Shown: positions 53,616 to 64,000 of the stretch, one piece after another | Layout: each line of letters opens with the position of its first letter | Numbering within the stretch: position 1 is the first letter of the stretch | DNA from: a bacterium | Lineage (GTDB): Bacteria > Hinthialibacterota > Hinthialibacteria > Hinthialibacterales > Hinthialibacteraceae | NCBI GenBank assembly: GCA_963663405.2 | Contig: CAXXSM010000092.1 | Coordinates: 96,001-160,000, forward strand | Length of the DNA stretch: 64,000 nucleotides | Direction of reading: 5' to 3' | Translations under genes and position numbers: made by a program | The notes under the pieces: model-generated | The model's input: only the letters and a program-made list of their open reading frames with translations | The model's database searches: none | What the model was told of the DNA's origin: nothing

Positions 53616-55469
53616 AATTCGTTTCGCTTTCTATCGCCATATAATATTTTATCAAATGCTTTCGTCATTTCTGTCCAGTCATCTTTTCCTTTTTCTTTGA
53701 CATTATCTAATATTCTCTTTTCCGCTTCCTGTTGGAGCAATTCCAATACCTCATCATGAGATTTTTTTATATCTTTCTCATCGATTGGCAGTGGATCAAC
53801 CAGGATATCATTGGTTATCGGCAACCGTTCGGATATCGGCGATCCTCTTAAACGCGATTTCATCTTCTTGGTCGGGGAACAAATTCATTATTTTTGCATT
53901 AATATCTTCCTTGGTGGAGAAGTTAGCATTAAGGATCGTCCGTATGAGTCTGTCCAATTCAGTTTTCTCATCGATCAATTCAAACCAATTCGATATCTTT
54001 GTTAGTTCCTCTTCCGAAAATACTTTTAAACTGCTTTTCCCTTCAATATTCTCCACAGTAACTAAGCCATAGTGAAACGATAACAATCGAAGCAGCATCT
54101 CTTTTGTGATATCGGAATGGCGTTTTACTTGTTTTATAGGTACCGATTCCACATCATTCGTTTCACGCATGCGGCGATAGACGCTTTTCTCCAAGGCTTT
54201 CGCAACGGATTGCTGCAAAACAGCGGCTTCACTGCCAATGCGATCCGCTAAGATCCGGATATAATCCTGGCGGATATACGCTTCTGAAATCCGCGCCAGC
54301 AGAGGCAGCATACCGTTCACGATTTCAGATTTCCCCGCTGGGGTGGAAGTATTACGCCCGATCAGCATCTGCGAAAGATAGAACTCAAATCCATCCGGCG
54401 CCGTTTCAAGCAACTGTTGAAGTTCTTCTCTTCCCCGGCTTTTTAGAAAATCATCCGGATCGAGCCCTTCCGGCATCAAGACCACTCGAACCGCCTGCCC
54501 CGCTTCGAAAAATAATTCCACACCCCGTTTGGCGGCGTTGATCCCGGCGGTATCCCCATCGTAGAGCAGCGTGCAATCTTTCGTGTAGCGTTTTAGAATG
54601 GCAAGGTGCTCTTTCGTCAGCGCCGTGCCAAGTGTAGCGACGGTCTGTTCGAAACCGTGTACATGCAAGGCGATAGCGTCCATGTATCCTTCCACAATCA
54701 CAACGCCATTGTCTTTGATGACTTTCTTCGCCCGGTCCAAGAGATACAGCACACGCGATTTGTTGAAGAGAGACGTATCGTTGCTGTTCAGATATTTCGC
54801 CTGTTCGTCAGAACGCAGCGCCCGTCCACCAAACGCGATCACACGCCCCAGCGTATTCCGGATCGGAAACATGATCCGATGCCGGAACCGGTCATAAAAA
54901 CCGTTCCCCTCTTTGCGGGGGATAATCAATCCCAATTCACTTTGGACCGCTTCGGGAAAACCCCGCTGCTTCAGCGCGTGCAAAAGACTGTCCCACCGGT
55001 CCGGCGCATAGCCCATGCCAAACGTCCGCGCGTGTTCTCCCGTCAACTGCCTTGATTTGATGTAGTCAATGGCGGTCTGGTTTTCACTCAGCCATTTCAC
55101 ATACAGCTGCGCCGCGATGTCCATCACCTGATAGCGGTCGATCTCCCCATGCGGCCGGTCCCGCCCGCGTTGCTCTTCGATACGGATCCCCAGTTTCCCC
55201 GCCAGAAACCGCTTCGCTTCCGGAAATGTCAGGTTTTCCACCTCCATGACAAAATCAATGGCGTTTCCACTTTTGCCACAGCCGAAACAATGAAAAAATT
55301 GGCGATCGGGATGAACGCTGAACGAAGGAGTTTTTTCTTTATGGAATGGACATAGGCCGAACAGCCGCCCCCCAGCTTGTTTCAACCGCACATAGCTGGA
55401 GACGATATCCGCCAGATCGGCTTTATTCAGGATTTGTTCTTTAACGGTGTCGGTTTGGCCATCCCTCAA
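53612..55469 (-). CDS. dnaG: DNA primase, apparent frameshift near 53810-53860
   Basis: CPFHKEKTPSF...CFGC zinc finger, DRFRHRIMFPI, FGGR, KYLNS, VEGYMD and YDGD Toprim motifs. The C-terminus continues in ORF 53612..53863. Confidence 0.95.
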
Positions 55470-55560
55470 TCTTCAAGACAATAAATGAATTATGATCATA
55501 TCTCTAACTACAGTGTATACGGAATTTCAACCACGTCAAAACCTAAAAGAGGGCCGAATT

Positions 55561-56430
55561 TCAAAAGAGACATTCCCAACACGACGCATCAAACCCACTT
55601 TTCTTTAATTCTTGAACCACCCGCTTCGCTTCTTTTAAATCAGTAGTCAAGCTGAATAGATTGGAGCCGGAGCCGGAAAGGAGAGGTTTCGTCGGGCTGA
55701 TTTCGCAGAAAATATTATAGACGTTTTGAATCGATGGATACGCCTCGTAAATCACCGGTTCAAAGGAATTGAATAAATACTCAGGCAGGCGGTCAAACCG
55801 CTTCTCTTGAAGCGCAGCAATCAACTCTTGAGGCGATCGATGGATCTTAGACGCGCTTTCATCCCAGAGCTGATAGGCCTTTTTTGTTGATACACTCTCT
55901 TGGGGCGAACAAAGAACAGCATAACAAGGGATAGTCTCCTCATCCCAAAAGTATGACTCCAAAACCTGTTCCCCCACCCCACCGAGCAGGCAACAGCCCT
56001 TCGCTAAAAAGAAAGGCACATCCGCTCCAATACCCTCTCCGATATGCCGCAGTTCCTCATCAGATAAAGGATAATCAAAGAGCTGATTCAATGCTTGCAG
56101 GACGGTGGCGGCGTTGGCGCTGCCCCCGCCCAATCCTCCTTCCACGGGGATCTGTTTCTCAATCACAATACGAACGCCGGTATCTTGGCGCGACTGTTCT
56201 AAAAAACAGACCGCCGCTTTGTGCGCCGTATTGCGTTCATCCGAGGGAACGCTAGGATGATCCACCATAATCAGAACGTCGTTTGATGAGATGAATTGGA
56301 TCGTAATACGATCGTGCAGTGAGATTCTTGTATTCACCATACAGAGCGTATGATATCCATCAGCGCGCTGCCCAAGGATATCCAGAAAGAGGTTCAGTTT
56401 GGCGTAGGAATTGAATTGAAACTGTTTCAT
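55561..56430 (-). CDS. ispE: 4-diphosphocytidyl-2C-methyl-D-erythritol kinase
   Basis: AKLNLFL, GYH, KQIPVEGGLGGGSANAA, GADVPFF and LSGSGS motifs. Confidence 0.95.
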   Translation of the reverse strand: MKQFQFNSYAKLNLFLDILGQRADGYHTLCMVNTRISLHDRITIQFISSNDVLIMVDHPSVPSDERNTAHKAAVCFLEQSRQDTGVRIVIEKQIPVEGGLGGGSANAATVLQALNQLFDYPLSDEELRHIGEGIGADVPFFLAKGCCLLGGVGEQVLESYFWDEETIPCYAVLCSPQESVSTKKAYQLWDESASKIHRSPQELIAALQEKRFDRLPEYLFNSFEPVIYEAYPSIQNVYNIFCEISPTKPLLSGSGSNLFSLTTDLKEAKRVVQELKKSGFDASCWECLF

Positions 56431-57149
56431 AATGACTGCCGTTGCTTTACTTCATGACGGATCATTTGAAGAACCGCTTCGGCCAAGGGGATATCCTCCG
56501 GCGTCGTGATCTTCATATTTTGATACGAACCGGGAATCATGAGAACCTCCTGACCGGCGAATTCCAATACCTCCCCATCATCCGTGGGGTAGGGGGGAGG
56601 GGTGAGAGATCGGTACGCTTCGAGGATCACGGAATACTGGAATGTTTGAGGCGTTTGCGCAAGCCAAAATTGACTGCGGTCACGGGTGGCCGTGACACGC
56701 GCTGAGGCGTTTGTCTCTTTCAGCGTATCTTTCAAAGGAACGCCGACGACACAGCCAGAAACCTCTCGCAGCGCCTGTAAAGAATCCTGTATGTAATTCT
56801 CACGAAGAAATGGCCGCGCCGCATCCTGAATTAAAACCGCGTCCGGTATATGGGAGGAGAGATAGGCAAGACCATTTTTCACGGATTCAAACCGCTCACA
56901 ACCACCGGGAACAAAATGCCCACTGGCTTTGGGACAATAGCGTTCCATAATCCGTTCGACCTCTTCCCGGTCTTCTTCCCGGCCAACAACGGTTACAATA
57001 GATACGCCGTCACAACATTGAAAGACTTCCAGGCTATACGAAAGGATGGGCCTTCCCCCCAGACTTTGGAGCGCTTTATTCCGCCCGCCCCCCATACGGC
57101 GGCTTTTCCCCGCTGCGACGATCACAGCTGCTGCGCGAAGATCCGGCAT
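56427..57149 (-). CDS. ispD: 2-C-methyl-D-erythritol 4-phosphate cytidylyltransferase
   Basis: AAGKSRRMG, GGCERFESV, DAARP, AQTPQ, TDD and NMKITTPED motifs. Confidence 0.95.
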   Translation of the reverse strand: MPDLRAAAVIVAAGKSRRMGGGRNKALQSLGGRPILSYSLEVFQCCDGVSIVTVVGREEDREEVERIMERYCPKASGHFVPGGCERFESVKNGLAYLSSHIPDAVLIQDAARPFLRENYIQDSLQALREVSGCVVGVPLKDTLKETNASARVTATRDRSQFWLAQTPQTFQYSVILEAYRSLTPPPYPTDDGEVLEFAGQEVLMIPGSYQNMKITTPEDIPLAEAVLQMIRHEVKQRQSL

Positions 57150-57303
57150 GATTTCTCCAACTCAAGTCCATCGATTTAAGAGATAGGACGAAACGGGATG
57201 AAATTTAATGAAAAATCGAGAGTTTGGGACCAAAGAATGACACCAGACAAACTATAACATAGATTCGTGATAACGGAACCGTTTCGTTTTTCCAAACAAC
57301 GAA

Positions 57304-57331
57304 AACGGCCCCCTCGAATGAAGAGGCCGTT
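57304..57331 (-). terminator. Probable terminator downstream of rpsT
   Basis: AACGGCCCCC...GAGGCCGTT hairpin with a T-rich tail on the minus strand. Confidence 0.55.
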
Positions 57332-57452
57332 GGTAATTGATCGTATGCAACAAGTAGGTTGGATCGCGATTAACCGATCCACCAGTTACTATTATATGAT
57401 TTGGCGCCTCATAAAGACGCGGCCTACCCTACGCGGCTATACGCGGATTCAG

Positions 57453-57722
57453 TCAATTCTTTTCAATACTATTCACTAGCCGCATCAAGCGGGATTTCCG
57501 CCGGGCGGCGTTGCGTGGATGAATGATGTGTCGTTTCGCGGCGGTATCCAAAGCCGAGACAGCGGTTTGCAACCGGTTCTTGACATCCTCCACACGTTTC
57601 TCACTTACAGCCGTTCTAACTTTTTTGACTAATGTGCGGATTTTGGATTTTACCGAGACGTTGCTTTTCTGCCGCCTGACGTTTTGCCGTAGACTTTTCT
57701 CTGTCGCTTTATGGTTGGGCAT
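57453..57722 (-). CDS. rpsT: 30S ribosomal protein S20
   Basis: MPNHKATEKSLRQ...IIHPRNAARRKSRL. Confidence 0.95.
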   Translation of the reverse strand: MPNHKATEKSLRQNVRRQKSNVSVKSKIRTLVKKVRTAVSEKRVEDVKNRLQTAVSALDTAAKRHIIHPRNAARRKSRLMRLVNSIEKN

Positions 57723-57765
57723 GGTTCCTATACCTCGCATCAGGAAATCCCTGAATGAATCTCGT

Positions 57766-57858
57766 TATATAAAAATGAGTTTTGCGCATTCATCGTTTGC
57801 AATACTATACGCGGCTCATTTCATTTGCGCATTGCGATCTTAAATCACAATGGTTTTC
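57766..57858 (+). repeat. Family A repeat, copy 7 (degenerate), between rpsR and rpsT
   Basis: TATATAAAAATGAGTTTT...CTCATTTCATTTGCGCATTGCGATCTTAAATCACAATGGTTTT. Confidence 0.75.
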
Positions 57859-57872
57859 TACGTTTCCGTATT

Positions 57873-58286
57873 CTATCTTCGTGTAAAGGATAGAAGGGCG
57901 ATGTTGCGCGATTGCTTGATTGCGCGAGTCAGCATCCGTTGATGACCTGCGCAGTTCCCTGTGATGCGCCGGGGCATGATTTTCCCCCGCTCCGTCAGAA
58001 AATCACGCAGCAGACGGTAGTTCTTATAATCGATATAAACCACTTTGTCTACACAGAACCGGCATACTTTCCGCCGCCGGAATCCCCGGCGCATGGGACG
58101 TCTTTTCTGCATACCGCCTGGACCACCGCTATTGCTACCTCCACCACGAGGGCCGCCTCGACCCTGTCCGCCTCCACCGTGTCCGCCTCCACCGTAAGTC
58201 CGGGGCCCGCTTCTATGCATGGATGGCCGGCTCGGCGCCGCGCTCGTTTCTGGTCTCTTTCCTGTTGATTCGTTTATATCAGACAT
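57873..58286 (-). CDS. rpsR: 30S ribosomal protein S18 with a long Gly/Arg-rich N-terminal extension
   Basis: RRKVCRFC...IDYKN...[20 protein letters not shown]. Confidence 0.96.
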   Translation of the reverse strand: MSDINESTGKRPETSAAPSRPSMHRSGPRTYGGGGHGGGGQGRGGPRGGGSNSGGPGGMQKRRPMRRGFRRRKVCRFCVDKVVYIDYKNYRLLRDFLTERGKIMPRRITGNCAGHQRMLTRAIKQSRNIALLSFTRR

Positions 58287-58316
58287 GAGATTGACTCACT
58301 CCTTTGTATTCAATGT

Positions 58317-58757
58317 TCAGAATGGCAAATCACTGTTATCATCATCCATCGCAGGTCCCATGGATGAGGGTTCGGGTGGCGGGGGAGCGTCCGCATCGGA
58401 ATGCGAAGGCGCGGGGCCATCCATACCCTTGCCCGATCCACCTCGATCGAGAAACTGAACGTTTTCCGCCTGCACTTCATAAGCCGTACGATTCTCGCCT
58501 TCACGAGTCTGGTATTTTCTCATCTGAAGCGATCCCTCGACCGCGATGAGCCGGCCCTTTTTCATATATTCGCAGATTAATTCCGCCAATTTGCGCCACG
58601 CGGATATATTGATGAAATCGGTCTCCCGTTCCCCCGCCGCATTTTTATAATTCCGGTCCACGGCGATACAGAAACTGGAGACGGGAATACCGCTTTGCGT
58701 ATAGCGCAGTTCGGGATCCGCCACGAGACGTCCAATCAATACGATCCGGTTTAACAT
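58317..58757 (-). CDS. ssb: Single-stranded DNA-binding protein
   Basis: MLNRIVLIGRLVADPELRYT...DDNSDLPF acidic tail. Confidence 0.96.
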   Translation of the reverse strand: MLNRIVLIGRLVADPELRYTQSGIPVSSFCIAVDRNYKNAAGERETDFINISAWRKLAELICEYMKKGRLIAVEGSLQMRKYQTREGENRTAYEVQAENVQFLDRGGSGKGMDGPAPSHSDADAPPPPEPSSMGPAMDDDNSDLPF

Positions 58758-58759
58758 AA

Positions 58760-59400
58760 TTATTTTTCCGGTTCGGGAGCGGGCCTTCTCCGGCTCAGGT
58801 GGAGAAGCGGTTTCCTCGGTTTCCACGGCGGGTTCCGCCGCTGGTTTGGGTTCAGTGCTTTCTTCCGGCGCGGCTGGAGCGGATTCTTCCGTGGCAGGCG
58901 CCTCAGCGGGTGTCTCCTCATTGGAAGCGCTTTCTTTTGCTTCTTCCGCGGCTTTTTCAGCGGCGGCTTTTTCAGCGGCGGCTTTTTCAGCGGCGGCTTC
59001 TTCAGCCGCTTTCGCTTCAGCGGCCAGCGCCGCTTCCCGTTCTTTCTCCGCTGCCTCTTTCTTCGCTTGCAACGCTTTTGCGTCGCGTTCTTCCTGGATC
59101 AATTTCGCTTTGGGGACTTTGAGGATTAAATACCGAAGCAAACCGCTGTGTGTCCGCTCGTACTCCCGCAGTTCTTCCGGCAGTTCGGGAGACGCTTTGC
59201 ACTCGATGTTAATATACGTCCCGTCGTTCTTTTTTCTTGATTTCGTACGAAAGTTTCCGGGTTCCCCAGTTCACTTCTTTGTCGATCACCCCATCAGAAT
59301 CCTTGATTAAAGTACGGATATCCTCCAGGATCTGTTGGGAAGCGTCTTCTTCCAAGGTGGGATCAATGATGAGCATGGCTTCATACAATACTTGAGCCAT
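58760..59400 (-). CDS. rpsF: 30S ribosomal protein S6 with a long Ala/Glu/Pro-rich C-terminal tail; apparent frameshifts near 59230 and 58780
   Basis: YEAMLIIDP...WGTRKLSYEIKK. Deleting one A continues as KNDGTYINI...LLRYLILK and then AAAEK repeats. Canonical rpsF-ssb-rpsR order. Confidence 0.92.
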
Positions 59401-59406
59401 AGACTG

Positions 59407-59450
59407 CCTCCTTCGGTCTGTTGGCCCGTATCATTCAATACGGGCAGGAT
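59407..59450 (-). promoter_or_regulatory. S6:S18-responsive rpsF leader RNA
   Basis: Minus strand reads UCCU-GCCCGUAU-UGAAUG-AUACGGGC-CAACAGA-CCG-AAGGAGG: a hairpin, the conserved CCG, and an SD able to pair with upstream UCCU. This matches the known rpsF leader architecture. Confidence 0.75.
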
Positions 59451-59698
59451 TCGCAATTCGGAATAGAGACCCAAAACGGTCTTCAATTATGATTGGTATA
59501 TAAGCAAACCAATATTAAACTCGCAAAGACTCATTCGATCAAGGGGGATGAGAGCGAATGGATCAAAAAGATTGTGAAGAGCGGCTCATTTAACAAATCT
59601 TAAAAATATCCTAATATTGAATGGGATTACAACGATGAATCCCTTCGCTAAGGTCCAGAGAATTGAAACACAGTCCCAAAAAACATAGGAGATAAAAC

Positions 59699-60634
59699 AT
59701 GACGATAAATCGAGCGCAAGGCTGTCTATTAGGACAACTCGCCGGTGACGCTCTGGGCAGCTTAGTTGAGTTTATGCCTCCAGAAGAGATTCAAAATAAA
59801 TATCCTGAAGGGATTAGGAGGATGGCCGATGGAGGTACTTGGAATACGATAGCTGGTCAACCCACAGACGATTCAGAGATGGCGCTATTGCTTGCACGAA
59901 TGCTTATTGAAAACGGAACCTACGATCCTGACTCCGCCCGGAAAACATATATTTTCTGGCTGAACTCAAATCCTTTCGACTGTGGAATGACAATAGCCGC
60001 AGGCCTTCGAGGACACCCAAACCATGACAGCCAAGCCAATGGAGCCATGATGCGGGTAAGTCCATTAGGGATTTTTGGATCGAACTATGAGTTACATCAA
60101 GTAGCTCACTGGGCAAAGCTTGACGCTTCAATAACTCACCCTCACATAGTTTGCCTGCAAGCCAATGCGCTATATACCATGGCGATTTCTCATGCCATCA
60201 ACACTGGGATTAATCCCCAATTGCTGTACCAAACAATTTTGACATGGGCTAATGAGATAAAGGTCGAACCAGAACTAATGGCGTCAATCCATTACGCCGC
60301 CGATACCCCTCCAACAGATTATGTTCATCAACAAGGCTGGGTTTTAATCGCATTCCAGAATGCGCTCTGGCAATTAATTCATGCTCCAAACTTCGAAGCA
60401 GGTATAATTGACACTGTGATGCGCGGTGGGGACACCGATACCAACGCCGCCATTTGTGGAGCGCTTCTAGGCGCTGTGTACGGTTCGGAATTCATTCCAG
60501 TTCAATGGACTGATTGTGTTCTAAATTGCCGGCCCGAAGCTGAAAATCCCGTTGTTTACCGCCCACGTCCCCAATGCTTTTGGCCAGTAGACGCTATTGA
60601 TTTAGCAAGCCGGTTAATCAATCAAAATCAATAG
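59699..60634 (+). CDS. ADP-ribosylglycohydrolase (DraG/ARH family)
   Basis: GCLLGQLAGDALG, PTDDSEMAL, ANGAMMRVSP and GGDTDTNAAICGALLGA motifs. Confidence 0.93.
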   Translation: MTINRAQGCLLGQLAGDALGSLVEFMPPEEIQNKYPEGIRRMADGGTWNTIAGQPTDDSEMALLLARMLIENGTYDPDSARKTYIFWLNSNPFDCGMTIAAGLRGHPNHDSQANGAMMRVSPLGIFGSNYELHQVAHWAKLDASITHPHIVCLQANALYTMAISHAINTGINPQLLYQTILTWANEIKVEPELMASIHYAADTPPTDYVHQQGWVLIAFQNALWQLIHAPNFEAGIIDTVMRGGDTDTNAAICGALLGAVYGSEFIPVQWTDCVLNCRPEAENPVVYRPRPQCFWPVDAIDLASRLINQNQ

Positions 60635-60873
60635 TACTAATGCGAAGTTAGAAAAGAATCATCTCTTTGACAAAAGAAAAAAATGCAAGAGTAATAATAG
60701 TAGATCCCGCAAATAATCGTATTTCGCGTCTATTCAATCAAAAAAACAGCCTGCTTCTAGCAATCCCCAAATCACCTCCGATAGAAAACAATAGAACATT
60801 ACAATCGATTGTCTAAATGTTTCGCCAATGAATTCCGTATGAATTATTATAAGCTGAGAGCAAGGGGGAAATC

Positions 60874-61815
60874 ATGAAACGAATGGGAAAACTCTGGTTT
60901 GGATTTGTACTCTGCATTCTCATCATCACGGGCTTCCAGGGGTGTTTCATCGCGGAAATCGTCGAAACGGTTGTCGAAGTCCCGATCACCGTGGTCGAAA
61001 CCGCCGTCGATATACCCGTTTCCATTGTGGAAGCCGCTGTGGATATCCCGCCCGATTTACGATGCAAACATACCAAGCAACAAGAATGGGTATTGGATAG
61101 CGAAGAGATTACCCAAATCGACGCGGAAACAGTCAATGGCTCGATTGAAGTCATTGGAACGGATTCCAATCAAATCCTCGTTCGATCATGGATTGATATT
61201 CATGGCCGAAGTGAAGCCGAGGCGGAACGGTTCGCGGACCAAGTCTACATCAATGTAGTCCGGCAGGGAAATACGATGCGGATTTATAAATCCCACCCCA
61301 GCCGCCGCAAGCATATTCATATCTCCGTCCGGTACGTTATCGAAACACCTCACAACATAGACCTGGATCTCAAAACCACAAATGGCCGAATACGCGTCTG
61401 CGACACGCATGGAAACGTTAATATCAAAACAACAAATGGAAGAATTGATATCGATCGAGTCCAAGGCGCCGTTTACGCCAACACATCCAATGGTCCCATC
61501 CATCTCGACTCGAACCGACTTGATAGTGGATTCACACTCTCCACAACAAATGGCTCAGTCGATGCGATTGTCCGGGAAGGGATCGCCCCAATTGAAATCA
61601 CAACAACAAACGGCTCCATCAACCTGAGTCTGCCCGATTATTTCAATGGATATTTAAATGCGCGAACCTCAAATGGAAACATCCGTTCTGAAGCGCCGGT
61701 TTCCGTTTATGAGATAAAAAAGAACCGGCTGAACGGTCACATTAACGGCGGGGGAAACACGAATGTCATCTTAAAAAGCACGAACGGTAATATCCGGATC
61801 CATAAAACGCTGTAA
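60874..61815 (+). CDS. DUF4097-like beta-strand-repeat lipoprotein
   Basis: Lipobox-like FQGC; repeated TTNGRI/TSNGPI/TTNGSI units. Confidence 0.85.
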   Translation: MKRMGKLWFGFVLCILIITGFQGCFIAEIVETVVEVPITVVETAVDIPVSIVEAAVDIPPDLRCKHTKQQEWVLDSEEITQIDAETVNGSIEVIGTDSNQILVRSWIDIHGRSEAEAERFADQVYINVVRQGNTMRIYKSHPSRRKHIHISVRYVIETPHNIDLDLKTTNGRIRVCDTHGNVNIKTTNGRIDIDRVQGAVYANTSNGPIHLDSNRLDSGFTLSTTNGSVDAIVREGIAPIEITTTNGSINLSLPDYFNGYLNARTSNGNIRSEAPVSVYEIKKNRLNGHINGGGNTNVILKSTNGNIRIHKTL

Positions 61816-61821
61816 CTATTC

Positions 61822-64000
61822 TCAACGCGGCGTTGTTTGCCACAATCGCAGGTTATCCACCTTAATCGAAGAAAAGATCCCCGGCCCGGCGTTTTGGAAA
61901 ACAAGAATTGGATTCATCGCTGGATTGGGGACAAACATCCGGCCACCAAGCCATATCGTTTTCGACGGTGTCTCCTCATTCAGATTGTATCCATCTTCAA
62001 ACACGGCGAGTGTCTCCTGCCCGTTTGTCATCACAAACGCCAAAGTTCCTCCAGCGCCCAACGAACGGCGCGCGCCGATTTCCGCGGTAAAATAGCCTGG
62101 CATCCATGTATTCGCCGTTTCCGCCCAGACCCCGATATTGGCGGCCAATTGGCTTTCATGAACGGACAACGCCAATTCCCAGTTATTCCTCGATTTCATG
62201 AGAGATCTGCACGCTTCCATCCACAGCATTGATATTCCGCACGAGAGCCGAGAGACTCTCATCAAAAGATCCATCCGGATTTAAAGGCAGTTCTGACTGT
62301 TCGTATTCGAAACATGTATCCTCGATCCGCAGCCGGTCAAGCAGCGCATTTACGGTTTCAGTTGAATAACTGGGATTCGCCACTTGAATCCCCAGCCGGA
62401 CCGCCCCACTGGGCGGCTGGTAAAATAATTCCATTTCATGTTCTGTAACCGCTGGCAGACCATCCCGTTCCGCCATGTAATACCCGAACTGACCGTCCAT
62501 CGGATCGTTAAATCCAATCAACGCCACCGAAGCGATATTGGAACTGACAAACACAGAAGTCTTGATCCACGCGGTGTCACAGGTTAGTTCAGTGCTCAAC
62601 TTTGAAATCAAAAGAACCGCCTCACCCGGTTCAACCTGGACGAACAGAGCATTCCCCTTGAACAAATCTGATTCCCCCGCGTCCGCCGTCTGGACCAAAG
62701 CGTCCAGAAAACCATTCGGCGTCAAAATGTCAAACTGCTCATTTAAATAATCGAAATCTTCAAACTCGAATCCCAACGGCGTGGGGGTGGGGGTGGGGGT
62801 CGGCGTATTCGTCACAGTCGGCGTTGACGTGATCGTGGGTGTTTCCGTTATCGTCGGCGTCTGAGTAACGGTAGGAGGGCGCGTGCTTGTTGGAATCGGC
62901 GTAGGCGCTGGAGTTACGTACACGGTCGGCGTGGGCGAATGTGAAGGATTGGGCGTGGGCGTAACCGTCGGAAAATCGGATTGTAGAAATCCAATGTAAT
63001 CGATGGAAAAATAATTTAACGGTTCCCCCATATCGATCCGCACACTCTCGGCAATCCCGAAAAAGGGAAACAACGGCTGGAAATTGACATGCAGCGTTTT
63101 ATACTCAAATGGCGTGTCGTAGTCCAATTCAATGGGCCCGACCACTTCCCCACCACTCTTTACAAAAGAAACTGTAAGCGTCGAAGCGTTCGTCATGAAG
63201 ATACGCATTACAAATTCTTGCTGTGTGAAACTATCAATATGTAAATTCGAACGAAAGATGGTCGGTCCACGATCCGCCGTCGCCGCGCTGTAGGTTCCAT
63301 TCTCCACCAACACCGCCTGCACTTCCGAATTATTCTGCCAGCCTTCCGCATCCCCATTCGTGTTGAATTCAAATAGCGGAGACAGCGGCGCGGTCACATT
63401 AAACGTAAATGTTCGATCCACATGGTCTTTACCATCCGAAACAGTAAACTTCACATCATACTGATCCCGGTACTGATCGATTCCAGGCGTAAACACAAAC
63501 CGTCCCGTTTCAGGATTAAATTCACTATTCGGAGGCAATGCGTCCACTTCATACGTCAACGTATCGTTATCCAGATCCGAAGCGAACACCAGGAGATAAA
63601 ACGTATCCCCCGCCTCCACAGCGCCTCCCATTTCTGGATTGAAGTAAACTTCCGGCAGGCGATTTTGATCGATCACATGGATTTCCCGGTGAGCCGCAAC
63701 GGTGTCGTGTCCATCTGAAACGAGAAAATCGATGGGATATTCACCAGATTGGAAATAGTCCGGCGTGAACACAATCTGCCCCGTCTCTGAATCGATGGTC
63801 AGATTCCGTAATTGGGGCTCCACATCAAACCGCAATATATTATCTGTATCGAAATCGAACGCAGTCACTTGTATCGCAGCGCGGTCGCCTTCCCGCACTT
63901 CCAGCACATCACGGAAACTCACTTGGACGATGGGAAGACGGTTGTTATCCAGCACATCAACTTCCGCCTTGGTTCCGAATTCAAAAAACCCATCACTGGC
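61822..64000 (-). CDS. Large extracellular protein with cadherin/Ig-like repeats and a Pro/Thr linker; 5' end outside the window, frameshift near 62200
   Basis: NRLP...D.D.D.L...TG...FTP repeats; TPTPTPT linker at about 62775-62970; the C-terminus continues in ORF 61822..62274. Confidence 0.8.

Noticed and set aside
58317-59141. Apparent S6-tail/SSB fusion protein (274-aa ORF)
   Set aside because: Removing one C at GCCCGCTCCC (about 58780) gives ...EKAAPEPEK-TAA two bases before the ssb ATG, restoring the canonical separate rpsF and ssb genes.
35466-62274. Many frameshifted genes (MoxR, vWA, ggt, M28-like, dnaG, rpsF, the large Ig protein; also the WD40 gene near 1170) as programmed frameshifting, phase variation or mass pseudogenisation
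   Set aside because: Where I could localise the break, deleting one base from a short homopolymer restores the expected motif, and essential genes (dnaG, rpsF) are affected. This is most consistent with long-read indel errors; polishing would settle it.

Overview
This is a 64-kb bacterial chromosomal segment, mostly housekeeping genes (yajC, purL, cysS, dnaG, ispD-ispE, rpsF-ssb-rpsR-rpsT) interspersed with secreted or surface proteins, sugar oxidoreductases and small accessory genes. The paralogous pilin-like genes, WD40/LRR/Ig secreted proteins and their C-termini suggest a candidate-phylum lineage such as OLB16/Hinthialibacterota or Sumerlaeota; this is an inference I could not verify. Many genes, including essential ones, carry frameshifts that are mostly repaired by deleting one base from a homopolymer, so I treat them as long-read assembly errors. 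I found no rRNA, tRNA, CRISPR array or transposase. Main observations: (1) five otherwise unrelated signal-peptide proteins end in the same 9-residue motif [TS]-x-[VA]-x-x-[WF]-x-x-[YH]-COOH, a candidate C-terminal sorting signal, and two of them lie next to pilin-like genes. (2) An operon encodes a Ddl-like ATP-grasp ligase fused to an M20 peptidase fold, a gamma-glutamyltransferase and an N-formylglutamate amidohydrolase. (3) A ~95-bp hairpin repeat occurs at 7 intergenic sites. (4) A MITE family has two copies with terminal inverted repeats and target duplications. (5) Orphan GGAAAGGAGG motifs lie in three 5' leaders. (6) An LRR gene is built from apparently shuffled 63-bp modules.
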